Shown here: one piece after another, positions 26,140 through 39,150 of the stretch
Layout of the letters: the number at the start of each line of letters is the position of its first letter
Numbering within the stretch: the stretch's first letter is position 1
DNA from: Carcharhinus longimanus
Taxonomy: Eukaryota
Assembly (NCBI GenBank): GCA_030264375.1
Contig: JASCQW010000132.1
Span: forward strand, 70,025,120-70,089,119
Reading direction: 5' to 3'
Length of the DNA: 64,000 nucleotides
Program-made: the position numbers and the translations under genes
The notes under the pieces: model-generated
Told to the model about the DNA's origin: nothing
What the model saw: only the letters and a program-made list of their open reading frames with translations
Database searches by the model: none

Positions 26140-26600
26140 AGATGCTTACATACGATGCAAATCTTAGTAACAAAAATGAACAAAAACAAAATCATTTTCA
26201 AAACCTGCAATCTCAGTCGCATTGCAATTAGGTAATTTCAGGCTGTGCTGGGTCTAAATGTTTGGGTGAATTTTTACAGCATTGCTAAATGCAGGAACGT
26301 TATGTGAGAGCTGCCCTTTTGCATATGGGCAAAGCTGAGTGAATGAGCAGCAGAGGGTTTCAGCAGGTGTATCTAAGAAATGGTGCATACGATTGAGGAA
26401 ATTCATATGCATCGAATTTTCAGCATTAAACTGCACCAGTAATCTTTGTGTGAATGTCCGTTGGAAAAAAGTGGTTGCACATGAGCTACACAGAAAGGTT
26501 CCAAGAAATCCTAGAGCATTATTCTGAAACAAAATACAGTTGTGTGTAATATAATCCCTCATAACTAACTGTCCTTAAAAGCCGCAAATGCCAATATTTT
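26140..26600. promoter_or_regulatory. Putative conserved non-coding block
   Basis: Unique sequence with octamer ATGCAAAT (26155), Sox-like aacaaa repeats, gcaattaggtaatttc, E-box caggtg. Confidence 0.35.
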
Positions 26601-26830
26601 TTCCCCATCTGTTACATAGCAATATAAGAACAATTTTCAGGAAGGAATAGGCTAGAGGTTCATCAAATCTGCCCACCAATGCCCCACAAGATTACCTTGA
26701 TGCAATTCTGAATATACTAACCCCTGAATCTTGTTTACTGATCGGAACTATTTTAGTATTTTCTGGCTCTGTCATCTTTTCTAGTTTCACTACCCTTACT
26801 AATTTGTATAATTTTTATTGAAAACACATT

Positions 26831-26965
26831 GGACGGATTCTCTGGCTGTTCACACCAGTGGGATTTTCTTGTCCCACTGCAGTGAATGGAGATTTGGCTG
26901 AGTGCCAAATTCTCTGGCCTCGCTGGCAGTGGTGGTGCAGTGTGAATGACTGGAGAATTCCAACC
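26831..26965. mobile_element. 135 bp Harbinger-like MITE
   Basis: TIRs ggacggattctc / gagaattccaacc, 3-bp TSD ATT/ATT; inverted partial copy at ~29547-29660. Confidence 0.7.
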
Positions 26966-28460
26966 ATTATCTCCATTTCCTATTTTGTTTTGAAACTATG
27001 ACTACCTCATATTCAGCAATTTGGTTCCTGGCAGAATAATTTATTTGAATCCGGATTCTCCAAATCTTTTACAATCTTAAACACCACTGTCAAATCACTC
27101 CTCAGGCTTGTAAAATGTGCAATGTTCCAGAGTAGTCAACCTCACCTAGTAGCTCTGTTAGTTCTATTATTAATTGAATAACACTCTTTTGGCATTCTTT
27201 TAAAACATGAGCTAAAACAGAGAAAGTCCTATGCAGTTCATCAGATGTGCTCAGATATAATTTTAGAATTATCCCTCTTAACTGTATTGCTTCAGTGTGA
27301 TTTGAACAATAGAGGGTATTTTCTATTATGACAGGAGCCCTTCTATACATCAAAGCTAAGCATCCTTCTAATCTCCTTTACTAAGCATGACACAGAAACA
27401 TACATGTGTGAAAATGTGGCATCCAAATAGTGATGCGCATACATTTTGGTGAATCATCCATTGCTTATGCTGAGTTGAAGGATAGGTATTTTATAACCTA
27501 GTGGATGTGCTATGTAAACATGTTGTAACAGGACCAATGATTTACAATGACTAAAGGATTCAAATTGTATTTTTATCACACAGTATTGTGGAAAGTTTGG
27601 CAGTGTATTCGGCATACAATTCTGAAATTTCTCCTGTTTTTTCCATAAATATTGTGATTGGTATATGTTACTTTACCTATTCGCTTTATCTCTTAACCTT
27701 TTTAAAAGCTAGTGCACACAGAAAGATGATAAACAANNNNNNNNNNTTGAAGATAGGTAAAAAGATTTAACAAATATGATATTTAACGTGTCTTGAACGG
27801 TAGTCTGGGAACTTGATAGTTGGGAACAGGCTAGAGATGGTTAAAGAGATAGGCAGAATTGACAGTTGTGAAGAACTTAGGCTTGGAGTTGACAGCTGAG
27901 TACAGATCAGCTGGAGTTGCAATTAAATATGGGGAGGGAACACCCTAGAAGAGTAGCAACTGGGAGGAAGTCACAATAGATCACAGTCCCTTTTTCATTC
28001 TCTCATTTTGCCTTATTCTCAATGCTTCTCTTTATCTTTCACTTTTACTCATTCTGTCCTTTCTTCCTCTCGTTTGCACGCACAACTCTCCATGCTATTT
28101 GCAACGAAAAAATGCACAGGGGGAACATTTGTTCCAATGTTGCAGTTTGTATAGATTTCTTCAGACAGATTGATGCGGTAATGGCCCATGGTGGTGTCTG
28201 GCCATGGAGAATCAACATAAGTTCGCACAGTGCCACTTCCTGAACAAATATATCCTCATAGTTACTGTAAGTGTGACACAGAAATATATGTATATGAAAA
28301 TGTGGCATTCCTCAGTAGTAATTTTCTCATTTGTGCTGTAGTTTTTCTTTAATTAATTCTAAATATAAATGATCAAATAGATTGGATGCATCTGAGGTAA
28401 CCACATGGACTGCACAATCCAAATTCAGTTCACGGTGTTGTAAGCCTGGGCAAAAATATT

Positions 28461-29137
28461 GGCACAGATTTTGCGATCAGTGGTGAAGCTGCTGACTTCG
28501 AAGTACACTGTGCCGAGAGATCTAGTGATCTTAGTGGTGAGAACATTATCCTTTTGCCATGTAATTAATTACAACATAGTTTAGTAAGAATTCCATGCAT
28601 CCAGATGCCTTTAGACCTCTTCAAGAATCTTCAGAGGCAGCCACCCAGGAAATGAAATGCACCAATATTCAAATCACTTCTTAAAAAAACTTACAGAATG
28701 ATATAAAGATTGAGATAAACACATGGGTTTAATGTAGAAGCTGAAATACCATGGACTTTTTTTTGTAAAGAAAAGCAAATAATAAATCATAATGGATATA
28801 TTTAATGACATTCCAAAACTCAAAACAATGTTTGTTCAGGGCCAGGTCAGTTGTTCAGCGATAAGATTCCCATTAAAAACCCAGTGACATCTCATAGAGC
28901 AAGATATGACATTGTATGGAGTGACAAGAGGGCAAAAAAGAGGGCATTTATACCAAATCAATTGATCTTGCTGATTTCTTGCTCTGGGAGATTCACAGCG
29001 AAACCTATGGCAGAGCAGTGAATGCCAAGCCACAAATTCAAGATTTCTGTTTGATGCTAATTCCTGATGCTGCTGTCCGATTCAAAGATGGTACATGCTG
29101 ACATACCACTGTCAAAAATACTCTGAAATTTTGGGTC
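28461..29137. mobile_element. ~680 bp non-autonomous TIR element, degenerate
   Basis: Ends ggcacagatttt / aaattttgggtc with ATT on both flanks. Confidence 0.45.
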
Positions 29138-29787
29138 ATTAAGTCCAACCCTTGGTTTTGTGGAGAGATTGCGGGCTTCAGCTAAAAATGCAAGCATTAA
29201 AACAACATTTATGTGATGTTTTTCATGTGGAAAAGCATCCCAATATGCTTCACTGAGGAAGTTGACAGTTTTTGTGATGGAGAGGATATAAGATTGGAAA
29301 CTTCACTCAGCGTCAAAATATAATGCAAACAGTCTGGAACAGCTTGAGACAATAGTTGAGAAGAGGCATGGAACCTGTGGCAAGGGTAATATGTTTCTAA
29401 CAAGGACTGAAGATGATTCCTTTGGCCTTTGCAATGTTTAGCTGGAGGAAATTGTAGCTCAACCAAAATTAGGTGATGAACAAACAGCCTAATAAAACAG
29501 AGGCAATGGAAAAATTGAAAGGGGTGGTAGTGGAATGGACAGAAAAGCCAGAATCCTCCAGCCATTCAAGCTCTGCCATCGCTGCCAATAAGAACTGAGA
29601 ATGCGGCACTCAGCCAAATCTCTGTTCGCTACAGCAAGACTGGATAATCCCAGCTGTGCCTCTGCTTTAAAAGTGTAATTTTTGGTTGTTTTATTTTCTT
29701 TACTCTCTTATTTTTGGATATACAGAAATGTCAGCTACTGAGGAAAAGGTTAGCCAATGAAATAATATTCAGGAAGCCTTTTCTACT

Positions 29788-29910
29788 TAGGGGGATTAGT
29801 GGGGTGGATGTGTGGGGTTGCGGGATTAGGGCCAGGGTGAGATTGTGGTCGGCGCAGGCTCGATAGGCTGAATGGCCTCCATCTGCATTGTAGGGATTCA
29901 ATAATTTTAT
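29788..29910 (+). mobile_element. V-SINE / HER1 3' tail fragment
   Basis: gagattgtggtcggcgcaggctcgataggctgaatggcctccatctgcattgtaggg. Confidence 0.8.
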
Positions 29911-29977
29911 GATACTGTGAGTGTTTTGTGGCATTTGGCAACCAATTGTCACTCTATTTAGACAGAGATAAAACGCT

Positions 29978-31280
29978 GGGTGAAATCTCTCATCGTGCCT
30001 ATGGCCAGTTTGGTGGTAGGCGGAAGCAGAGAATATACCAAAAAAATCAGAAATTCTCCCAATGGTTGGTTAATGCCGGATTGTTCTTCCCACTGGTTGC
30101 TGCTGTGAGTGTCATTTGCATCACATGAATTCTCATTAAGACAACATCCTGCTGGTGTTCCATCGGGCCTTCCAATCTTGTATCACACTCATGGGAAATC
30201 ACATTGACATCAATTCCTAAAAAGTGGCATGCACAAGGTGGTACCCAATTCATCGGACTCCTTGAGGTGAGTGTAACAGAACCTTTCTGCCATAGTGCTG
30301 TGCTGCTTCTGGTGCGCTGTTCACCATTCTGCTGATGCAGACTCGTTCCTGCCTCCATCCCCATGCTGACTGGTCTGCATGGACAGCATCGTGCTGCTGG
30401 ATTCTTGCACCCTCCTGTGTCACCATCTCAGATCAGTACAGTGCCTGGGGCTGGGGGCTGGGGCGAGGGCGGTATAGGGTTCTCCTTCACTCAGGTGCCA
30501 TGGACAGCACTGTGCTACGGGACTTAGTAAAAAGTCTGACAACACCAGGTTTCAGTCCAACCAATTTATTTGATAGTAAACGCACAAGCTTTCGGGTTAG
30601 TCCCTTCGTCAGGTGAATGNNNNNNNNNNNNNNNNNNNNNNNNNNNAGTAAGGAAGTGAGAAGGCGGGGGGGGGTAAGGTGAGAGCTCAACATGGCAGGC
30701 AGAGGGGCAATGAGGTAGATAAAGAAAATGAACAATTATTGGCAGAGGAAAAGACCAAGGGGACCGAAGGGGGACTCTGACAAGGTTGCAAGGAAAGCTC
30801 ACAAACAAAAGGGTCAAATGGTTACCACATTGTTTACTGGAAGGGGATGGATGAAGACTCCAGATGCAGTGGGTGAATGTCCAAGGGGGTATGGTGCTTT
30901 GCAGGTGAAGAGCTTGGGGGAGGGTAGTTGAATCAAGGAACAGACTTCCTCTTGAGGCTGCTGACCTTTTGCCTCTGGGTTGCTGACATCCTGCACAGCC
31001 TGGTGAAGATGGGTGGGTAAGTGATACAAGTGTCCTGGACTGGTATTTAAATGTGGTGGTGGCACCTTGGGACCTGTCAGCTGAGCAGGGCTGAGGGGAT
31101 GGGGGAGTGGATGAATCAGCTGCCAGCTCACTGAGAGAGTCAAAATGAACGCACCTGTGCACAAATAATAAGGATCCTGTGCTGAATCTAATGCGGGATC
31201 CTACCATTCGGGCCAGTGGGACAGGCACCACTAGAATCACCCACCACAGCACTTTGTCTCAAAATGAGAGAATTCCACCC
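29978..31280. mobile_element. 1.3 kb Harbinger-like TIR element with a nested Penelope-type terminus (~30520-30620)
   Basis: TIRs gggtgaaatctctca / tgagagaattccaccc; nested aagtctgacaacaccaggtttcagtccaacc...tttattt; weak minus-strand RMSATQRQKVSSLKRK (~30945-30993) reminiscent of a Myb helix 3. Confidence 0.55.
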
Positions 31281-31327
31281 TTCTAAATGAGGACAAACAA
31301 AATTATAAAGGTCAAGGTTGCCACAGA

Positions 31328-31971
31328 GACATGATTTTCCATCTTGTGTTGGAACACAGACATTGGGACCAAATGCGGGTTCCAATCCTGCACTGTGTTG
31401 GGAGCAGTCACCCAAAGTAAATTTGCCTGGATTGGACAATTAGTGGCCAGAGGGCATACTAACTGTCCAATTATAGACAGTGGATGGGCTCTCTAAGCTG
31501 AAGGATTAATAAGAGGGTCTCTAGCATGGGAATAGCTGTGACCTGCCATTTCAGGCAGGGGAGAGGGAGGGCAGCTCTACCTTGAGGTATCCATGCAGCA
31601 TTTTTAAAAGGTTTGAAATAGAAAATGGCTACAACTGTCGGACTGCAATTGCGGAAGGTGCACAAGTTGCTGCGGTTGTGGCCAGGTAAGTAGAGGGAGA
31701 CCCCGAATCTTCCTGGATCATTGCCTCCAACCCATTCCCACTGGTCTGCCACAGAATGGTCGCTTCCAGGCAACTTTTATGTTCTGGTTCTGCCAACTAT
31801 GCATCAAACTACCTGCTTAGTAAGCGACTAGCCGTTCTGTTCCTGATCCAGCCTCCTGAAAATGGTGCAGGGATGGGATAGTGCCAGCAAGCTCACATGC
31901 TGGCCAGCAGTGTGAAATTGTGTCCTCCCCCACCTCTTATCAGCTCTCATTGGCCTCTGAAAATTCCAGCC
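31328..31971. mobile_element. ~640 bp non-autonomous TIR-like element
   Basis: Left gacatgattttcc, right gaaaattccagcc; GC-richer than its flanks. Confidence 0.4.
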
Positions 31972-31999
31972 AGCAAGTCTGACTAAACTGATACTAAGA

Positions 32000-32600
32000 A
32001 CTCAAGTCATGCAGACAAAAATTGCACAAAGATGTAAAGCTCTTACTGATATAAATGAAACAGTATTGTGGCATAAATGGATCAAATTGTGAAAGAAAAA
32101 AGAAAATTGTGCACCTCAGACCAAACATAGTGTCAGGCACCACGTAAATTAGTAACCCTCTTACCATTCTGTTCAATCTCATCTTGCATAAATGTTTGCT
32201 TGATCATGAGACTGTGTCTCACTTCAGCATTGTTGGTATAAATGAAACAAGGGAGAGATTTTCACTGTGCTTATTGAAAATCAGAGTAGCAGATTTGGGT
32301 ATAAGAAATGAGTGTATCATGCAGGCTTGTAATGGGTACTGCATTAAATCATAACTCAGGAGCAAACCATTTATCTGTCGGTTCAGCCAACCACAGGTGA
32401 ATAAATTATGTTAACAAGAACATTTCAATTACTAAAAATACCTATTCATCATGATGGAATTAGTGACAATTATGTTCAAAATTTCAGACAGAGATTTATA
32501 ATGCGGACACTTGCCTAATGGTCCATAGTTTCAATCTATTCAGTCTCATTTTATTTCAACCTAATGCAAATCAGGAGATGGGAACCCATTCTACAGTCTG
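32000..32600. promoter_or_regulatory. Putative conserved non-coding block
   Basis: Unique AT-rich block with four ATAAAT(G) posterior-Hox/Cdx-like motifs (gatataaatgaaaca, gcataaatgg, gcataaatgt, gtataaatgaaaca), cacaaag, gtaaattag. Confidence 0.4.
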
Positions 32601-32732
32601 GCCAATATCTCAAAAGTAAAATGCATTTGGAGAAAAACTTTTCTACAGAGAAAAACATTTAGTGTTCAATATGTAATAATTATTGAAAACATGGATCAAT
32701 TTGGATTGTGGTTGTTGCTCTATGTGTACATA

Positions 32733-33225
32733 CAGTGAAGGTTTACCAGGCTGATTCCTGGTATGGCAAGTTTGTCATATGAGGAGAGACTAAGTCTGTT
32801 AGGATTGTATTCATTGGAGTTTAGAAGAATGAGAGGAGATCTCATAGAAACTTATAAAATTCTGATAGGGTTAGACAGGGTAGATTCAGAAAGAATGTTC
32901 CCAATGGTGGGGGAGTCCAGAACTAGGGATGAGAGTTTGAGGATAACAGGTAAATCTTTTAGAACTGAGGTGAGGAGAAATTTCTTCACCCAGAGGGTGG
33001 TAAATGTGTGGAATTCACTATGCACAATGTAGTTGAGGCGAAAAAGTTGCCTGATTTCAAGAAGAAATTAGATATAGCTCTTGGGGCTAAAGGGATCAAG
33101 GGATATGGGAGGAAGGGGGGTTCAGGATATTGAATTCGATGATCAGCCATGATTAAAATGAATGGTGGAGGAGGCTCGAAGGGCCAAATGGCCTACTTTT
33201 GCTTCTAGTTTCAATGTTTCTATTT
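32733..33225 (+). mobile_element. CR1/HER1-type LINE 3' end
   Basis: LSYEERLSLLGLYSLEFRRMRGDLIETYKILIGLDRVD...FFTQRVVNVWNSL plus tail ggctcgaagggccaaatggcctact. Confidence 0.92.
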
Positions 33226-33768
33226 ATCCTAGATTATCTCACTAACTGTTGTCAAAATTCTCCAAAATAGCCAGTAGCAACATGCCAAAATTTTGTTTGG
33301 TGTGCAATCTGATGTTATATCTCTGAAAATTACTTTAAAAAGTGACACTGAACCATTTATTAGTTTCATTAGCGCACACAGGCTAGTTTCTTACTAAATT
33401 ATCTTGAAATATTTAAAATGTTTTTAAAATATGCCCACTAGCGCCTGTGCAGCTAAAAATGCGCTTCATTTGAAGGCTCTCCAGGAAGGTTCACAAGTGA
33501 GCTCAATCAACAGAAACTCAGCTGCTCATTATTTCAATTTGGCAGCATGACCTGTTTTGTCTGTGGAGCTAGCTTCCAGTGCAATGTTTTAAATCAGCAA
33601 AAGATAGAGGAAACATTATATAAGCTGAATATAACTCACTTTTAAAGTGACATGATCTTGTTCACAAGTTTTCTTAATTTCAGATGAATTCCAATGGAAA
33701 CCCTCATTTTGGAAAAGGAATCCTGAGATGAAATTACTTTCAAAATGAAATTCAGGTTTCAAAAAAAA

Positions 33769-33969
33769 GGGCTGGATTTACTGTGCAACCCACCAGCAAG
33801 TGTTTCAAGGCAGTGGGAGGCAGCCAGCCACTGGGATCTTCCAGTCCCTCTGTTGTCAATGGGGTTTCCCATTGAATGCACGCCTCACTGCCGTGAAACC
33901 CATGACAGGGGTACGTTGTCAGCAAGAGCGGAAGATTCTGCCAGCATGAATGGCCAGAAAGTTGTGGCC
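33769..33969. mobile_element. ~200 bp MITE-like element
   Basis: Starts gggctggattt, ends agaaagttgtggcc; internal similarity to 18617-18800. Confidence 0.6.
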
Positions 33970-34002
33970 ATAGAATCAAAAAATGTTTTGTGATCATATT
34001 TT

Positions 34003-34160
34003 TTAAAAAATTCATTCATGGGATACATGTAGGTCAGACCAGGTAAGGATGGCAGATTTCCTTCCCTAAAGGACATTAGTGAACCAGATGGGTTTTTAAT
34101 GACAATGGTTTTGTGGCTTTTAATTGCACCATCTGTTTTGGTGGGATTTGAACCTCATAA
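34003..34160 (-). mobile_element. tRNA-derived SINE, deleted copy of the 37951-38311 family
   Basis: ggcagatttccttccctaaaggacattagtgaaccagat is the reverse complement of the core at ~38132-38172. Confidence 0.75.
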
Positions 34161-35540
34161 AATTTCACCAGTGATTTTCCCCTTCCCTAGCCACGTCCCA
34201 ATGAGCTGGTCACAATTTNNNNNNNNNNNNNNNNNNNNNNNNNNNNNNNNNNNNNNNNNNNNNNNNNNNNNNNNNNNNNNNNNNNNNNNNNNNNNNNNNN
34301 NNNNNNNNNNNNNNNNNNNNNNNNNNNNNNNNNNNNNNNNNNNNNNNNNNNNNNNNNNNNNNNNNNNNNNNNNNNNNNNNNNNNNNNNNNNNNNNNNNNN
34401 NNNNNNNNNNNNCCCTCCAGTTTCTGGAACACAGCCCCAACTCCCTTGCTTCATCCCCCCAACTCCATTGTCTGATTATTAACCACAGTTGACGTCCTCC
34501 AGTCATTTTCGAGAGTCTAGCAATTTACATATGTTACATATCGAGCTGCTCTGATTCTCCTCCTTCTGTTTGAGGAATACGTATGCATTTGTTGTCTAGT
34601 TATTCACTCATAGGTGAACTATTAACACAGAAGAAGTTGGTAGATTTGAAATAAATTACCAAATTACATGATTGGTTGATTTACTGAGAAGTTTAATATA
34701 ATTAGACAGATGATTTATTATTTTCAGCTCATGTTACACCTATGGGAAACAATTAATGCAAATTGGTAATTGCCAAAAGTGTTGATCAGGTATAACCCAT
34801 TAAATAGAAGCAGCTGATGTAAGAATTCTTGGAGATTCTAAACACCTTAATTTATGCAAACTAAATACTGGCACTTTATGAAAACCTTTCTGTCTAATCC
34901 CAGTGGACAACTTAAAATGATGATCAGATGCTTGAAAGCTGGTCATTGCTCAACTATAGAAAATATTTTTTGGGAGCAAATTATCTTGACTTTTTCCCCT
35001 CCCTTTTTGTGGGGACTTGGCATAGCATTCCTCCACTCCAGCTGGGAATGTTGATAAGAAATTTGCTTGTGTAGTCTTTAGCTGGCTTGTAAGTAGTCAC
35101 CACAAATTTCTTTTGCTGTCAGTGAGGAAAAACAGATACGTCAGGGAATGTGTCTGGGGCATTCAGATCCTAACATGCTGATACAGGGTATTCAAGAATG
35201 ACGCACTATTTTCTGAAGGTCAAAGTTTAAGCAGTTCAAGCGCATTATTTGATTAAGTAAATGTTTTTGACACTGACTGTGATTTAAAACTAGAGATCAT
35301 GAGGGAGATCTTACCACAACTTGGCAAAGTGTTGGTTCCAGTAGGAAAAATGGTGCTAGTCACACAGAACTTTGAGCCTCATTGACAACATTTTTCCCCC
35401 GACATGATTCATGCCATGCTCATGGTGTCCTCTCTCTGATTCGCTTGCCCTGAGTCAACTTAATCTTTGCAATCAGTGGGGAGCGCCAAATAATTGCCTC
35501 CCATCACTCCTGAGCGCTTGTTCCTGATCCATGTGAGGGG

Positions 35541-35765
35541 ACGGCTGCCAGGAAGCCAGCATTACATTTCTTGGAGGGAGTCTTGACCAAACTCCTGGAT
35601 GGTGTGCAGCAGAACTGGGATATCCTGTGTCCATGATTGTGCAGACATCTTTCCAGCAAGGAAGGCTGGGAGGCTATGGCACTCTAAGTGAGAGCCAGCT
35701 CACTACAGAAGAGGATGGGATAGTAGTGCTGCTAAAAGATGAACGATCTTCATCGTATGGCCCGG
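35541..35765 (+). pseudogene. Decayed Myb/SANT-like (Myb_DNA-bind_5-type) exon of Harbinger ORF2
   Basis: One frame: TAARKPALHFLEGVLTKLLDGVQQNWDILCP*LCRHLSSKEGWEAMAL*VRASSLQKRMG**CC*KMNDLHRMAR, then GTAAG donor; fits the F..E...L...V......L...W..V......R...QC.KK.NDL pattern. Confidence 0.75.
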
Positions 35766-36440
35766 GTAAGAAGGGACGTAATGTGGTTCTGGAAACTAGC
35801 TTGTTTTTATTGCTGACAAGGCACCGCTGATTCATGAGAAGACTGCAATTAGCACGTCAAGCATATTCCTGGAGGGCACCCTCATTCTCCCAGGTCACAA
35901 GGGCTATAGATTTGACCTGCTTTCCATCAGCCACAGCCATGCACACCAAGACTTACTCCTGACAGTCAAACTTCCCTGAGAAGTGGATTTGAACTTCCAT
36001 GTAGCCAAACCTCTTTGGGGTCACACTGTTGCCTGAGTGTGGGGTTCAACACACACTGCAATTGCCCTCCCACATGAGAGGGTCTCATGCCTCAGGAAGC
36101 AGGGAAGCATCTCATTCCTGAGATCGCCACTCTACCACTGCAGCCTGGCCTCTCACAGAACCACACCCAGGGATCTCTTAGTGGTCCCCAGTACACATCC
36201 TCCATAATAATCTTCACCCGCCCACTTCCAATCTCCCGCCAAGGAAGGACACTCGCTCAATGATGATTTAGACACAAGCCCAGCAAGAAGGACATGGGAA
36301 GCACTGCCTTCATGCCAGACCCCCTTAAAGTGCCAAGTTGTGAACAGATGGTAAGGCATGTGAGCAACCCTTCCCCCTTGGGAATGTTATAATTCAGGTC
36401 AAAAACTCCAAAGTGTTTTATGAAGTCCATCTGGATCATA

Positions 36441-37139
36441 TGTTTTGCAATTTGAATTTGGCTAAGGTAAGCACAAGCTGTTTCACTTTAGATATAACTC
36501 AAATGACCCACGAGGGAGCTTTTATCAAACAAAGTTTATTTAAGAATACAGTTAACATGTATAAAAATAAAATTAGCAATAACTTTTACCACTTACAAAC
36601 AAAAAAACAACCATGATGTTATATAAACCTTAACAGTTAATTACTGCTCCAACCAAACAAACCCCATAGACAAACAACTATCACAGATTTAGCACAGAAA
36701 ATAAGAATGCTCAAATGATATTGGAATTTAGTCCTTTGGTTGGATTCTGCAGCTTTCTTGACATTCACACAGACAAACTTGAAGTCAGAACTGCTTCCTA
36801 AAATACCAGGGAGAGAGAGACAGAACACTGCATCCAGCCTCCAGTAAAACACCTTCTAAGTAAAAACAGCAGCGAGCAGCCCAAACTAAAACTGAAAGAT
36901 CTCCTGTCACTTCACCTGTCAACCATTCTTTCTCCAATAATTCAGGGTCATAAAAATCCCAGACACTGCATGAGGCCCAGAGTAAAAATAAACAAAACCC
37001 CATTTAAACCATTTAAGCAGCAATAAAAGGACATCTAAGCAGGCAGCCAGTATTACAACAAAACCAAAAGGCTGGCTTACAGACTGCAGAGATCATGATT
37101 TAAAGAGAATACATTTTTTAAAGGTACAGTAGTGTCACA
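36441..37139 (-). mobile_element. Probable solo LTR (~700 bp) nested in the Harbinger element
   Basis: Minus strand starts TGTGACACTACTGTACCTTTAA, has AATAAA near the far end (plus tttatt ~36535), sharp composition change; related start fragment at ~39305-39345. Confidence 0.6.
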
Positions 37140-37569
37140 GGATTCCGAGACTGAACCCCACTCTTGGCCTCCAACTCATCTGGATCCCCTACATCTCTCC
37201 AGTGCCTTTTACACCCTGGAGTGTGATAGCTGCCCGGGACCTCACCTCTGACTTCCCCTCTGATTATTCAGTGAGCGGGGAAGTTGCAAAGTGAGTGCTG
37301 GCTAATGACATGCCAATTTATTTAATTGAGGTTCCTGGACTCCCATGGTATATTTCACGTTACTCTGCCAGTGACAGGAAGGTAGTAGTGGGCACTGTCC
37401 AGAGGGAATTACCTTTTCTGATTCCCACTGAACATTCTTTCAGCACTGCCATTCTCACTGACGGCTAATGCAGGGCTCAAAATCACCCCTCATTATTATT
37501 TAAATCATTAGAATACATTAGAAATACATTAGAAAATATTTAAGTAAACAGAAGTTAGTATAGAATCAG

Positions 37570-37660
37570 AAAATGCTGTAGAATCTCAGCAGATCTGACA
37601 ACATCTGTGGAGAGAGAATAGAGCCAACATTTTGAGTCTAGATGACTCTTTGTCAGAGCC
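37570..37660. mobile_element. Penelope-type terminal repeat fragment
   Basis: aaatgctg...ctcagcagatctgacaacatctgtggagagagaatagagccaacattttgagtctagatgac. Confidence 0.6.
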
Positions 37661-37950
37661 AACCTTTGGTTGTTCCAAGGCCATAACCCACCGAATGGGA
37701 GTCACAAATGATTCGAGTAGACATAAATGCTCTTGAAATGTAGATAAACTTTGTCTAATTATCATGTTCTGAAGATATTTACATTCTCCGACTTAAGCTT
37801 AAGTTGTTGGTAATTATTTTAAAAAAAACTTCTGCTGGAATGTTACAATTGACAGGCCATCTGGTGAAGATTAGAATAAAAACATATTTACGCAGTTTTA
37901 ATAGACCTTACCATTGACATTCACAAAGGGCTATTATTATGTCACCGCAC

Positions 37951-38311
37951 TGGGAGGCAATGGCCTAATTGTGTTATTGCTTAACTATTAATCCAGAAAC
38001 TCAGCTAATGTTTGGGGACCCGGGTTCGAATCCCGCCATGGCAGATGGTCCAATTTAAATTCAGTAAAAAATACCTGGAATTAAGAATCTACTGATGACC
38101 ATGAAAACATTGCTGATTGTCAGATAAAATCTATCTGGCTCACTAATGTCCTTCAGGGAAGGAAAGCTGCCATCCTTTACTGGTCTGGCTTGCATCTGAT
38201 TCGAGAGCCACAGCAATGTGGTTGACTCTCAACTTCCTTCGTGCAACTAGGGATGGGCAATAAATGCTGGTCAGCCAGTAATGTCCAGGTCCCACGAATC
38301 AATAAATAAAA
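37951..38311 (+). mobile_element. tRNA-derived SINE (second shark family)
   Basis: B box gggttcgaatccc, body cactaatgtccttcagggaagg, tail gatgggcaataaatgctgg...cccacgaatcaataaataaa. Confidence 0.8.
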
Positions 38312-38544
38312 ATGAATGCTTGACTGGCTTTCAAAAGAATCAGTTATTCATCAGGTAGATTTGAGTTTGCAGTTTGATGTACAGTTTAAAGAGGCTGTTA
38401 AAAAACTAGCTACCTTTGATGTGGGGTCTGAATAGAAGTTTATATGTTTTCTAAGAGATTAACTGGTTGAGACTTAAAAGCTTCAAATTGGTTCCATGAA
38501 TGGGAGGGAGATCTTTGGTGAGAACTGTATTAGATTGATGGAAG

Positions 38545-39150
38545 TTTATTTTTCCATGTCTCCCGAGATCTTCCCATGGTGGATTCTGGATGACGAGCTA
38601 TTGAGTTGGCATGATTGGTATGAGGGCCATAGGATGGGGGGCATGAGTTGCCATGGAGGAGGTATAGAGGTATGAAGGAGCATGGGTAATGGGTGGGCAT
38701 ATCAGTTGGAATGGAGGGACATGAGTGGCATGGGAATCATAGAATCATAGAAACCAACAGTGCAGAAAGAGGCCATTCAGCCCATCGAGTCTGCACCAAC
38801 CACAATCCCACCCAGGCCCTATCCCCATGGGATTATAAGGTGGGATGGGTGGGGGGTTGAGGGTATGTAAGAGGTGGGGGCTGGAGGATGTAACAGTTTC
38901 TAAAGCAACTGGAAATAAGTTCCAGAGAACTGAGGCAGCCCTTCTAAGCCAGCTGGCCTTGGCACTTATCTGCCCCAAGACCCTCTAGAATCTGTCTCTG
39001 GGGTTGGCGGATCCGCTGTTATTCTGCCGGTGTATACTTGGATCAAAAATTGGGTTTAACTGAGCTGTTTAAACCAACTCAGGTCTGCTGAGTCTGAACA
39101 CTTCTTCACTTGAAGAAGTGACAGGCTTCAAGTCATGAAAATCAGACATG
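38545..39150. repeat. Interspersed repeat with degenerate (GGCATG)-rich interior, split by a V-SINE tail (38735-38826, minus)
   Basis: Recurrent ggcatga/ggcatgg units; same architecture as 55800-56430; SINE tail flanked by catggg on both sides. Confidence 0.55.

Larger units (their letters stand above)
35301..37490 (+). mobile_element. PIF/Harbinger-derived non-autonomous DNA transposon
   Basis: Degenerate TIRs gagggagatctt / aaaatcacccct, TSD CAT/CAT, internal Myb/SANT-like pseudo-exon, nested solo LTR. Confidence 0.7.

Noticed and set aside
30491-30512. REST/RE1-like tcaggtgccatggacagcac
   Set aside because: Only the right half-site matches, spacing is off, and it lies in a repeat
30566-31252. 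228 aa minus-strand ORF
   Set aside because: Crosses a gap inside a GC-rich TIR element; low-complexity S/P content, no recognisable domain
38015-38040. tRNA-like B box gggttcgaatccc
   Set aside because: Head of a SINE, no cloverleaf; not a tRNA gene
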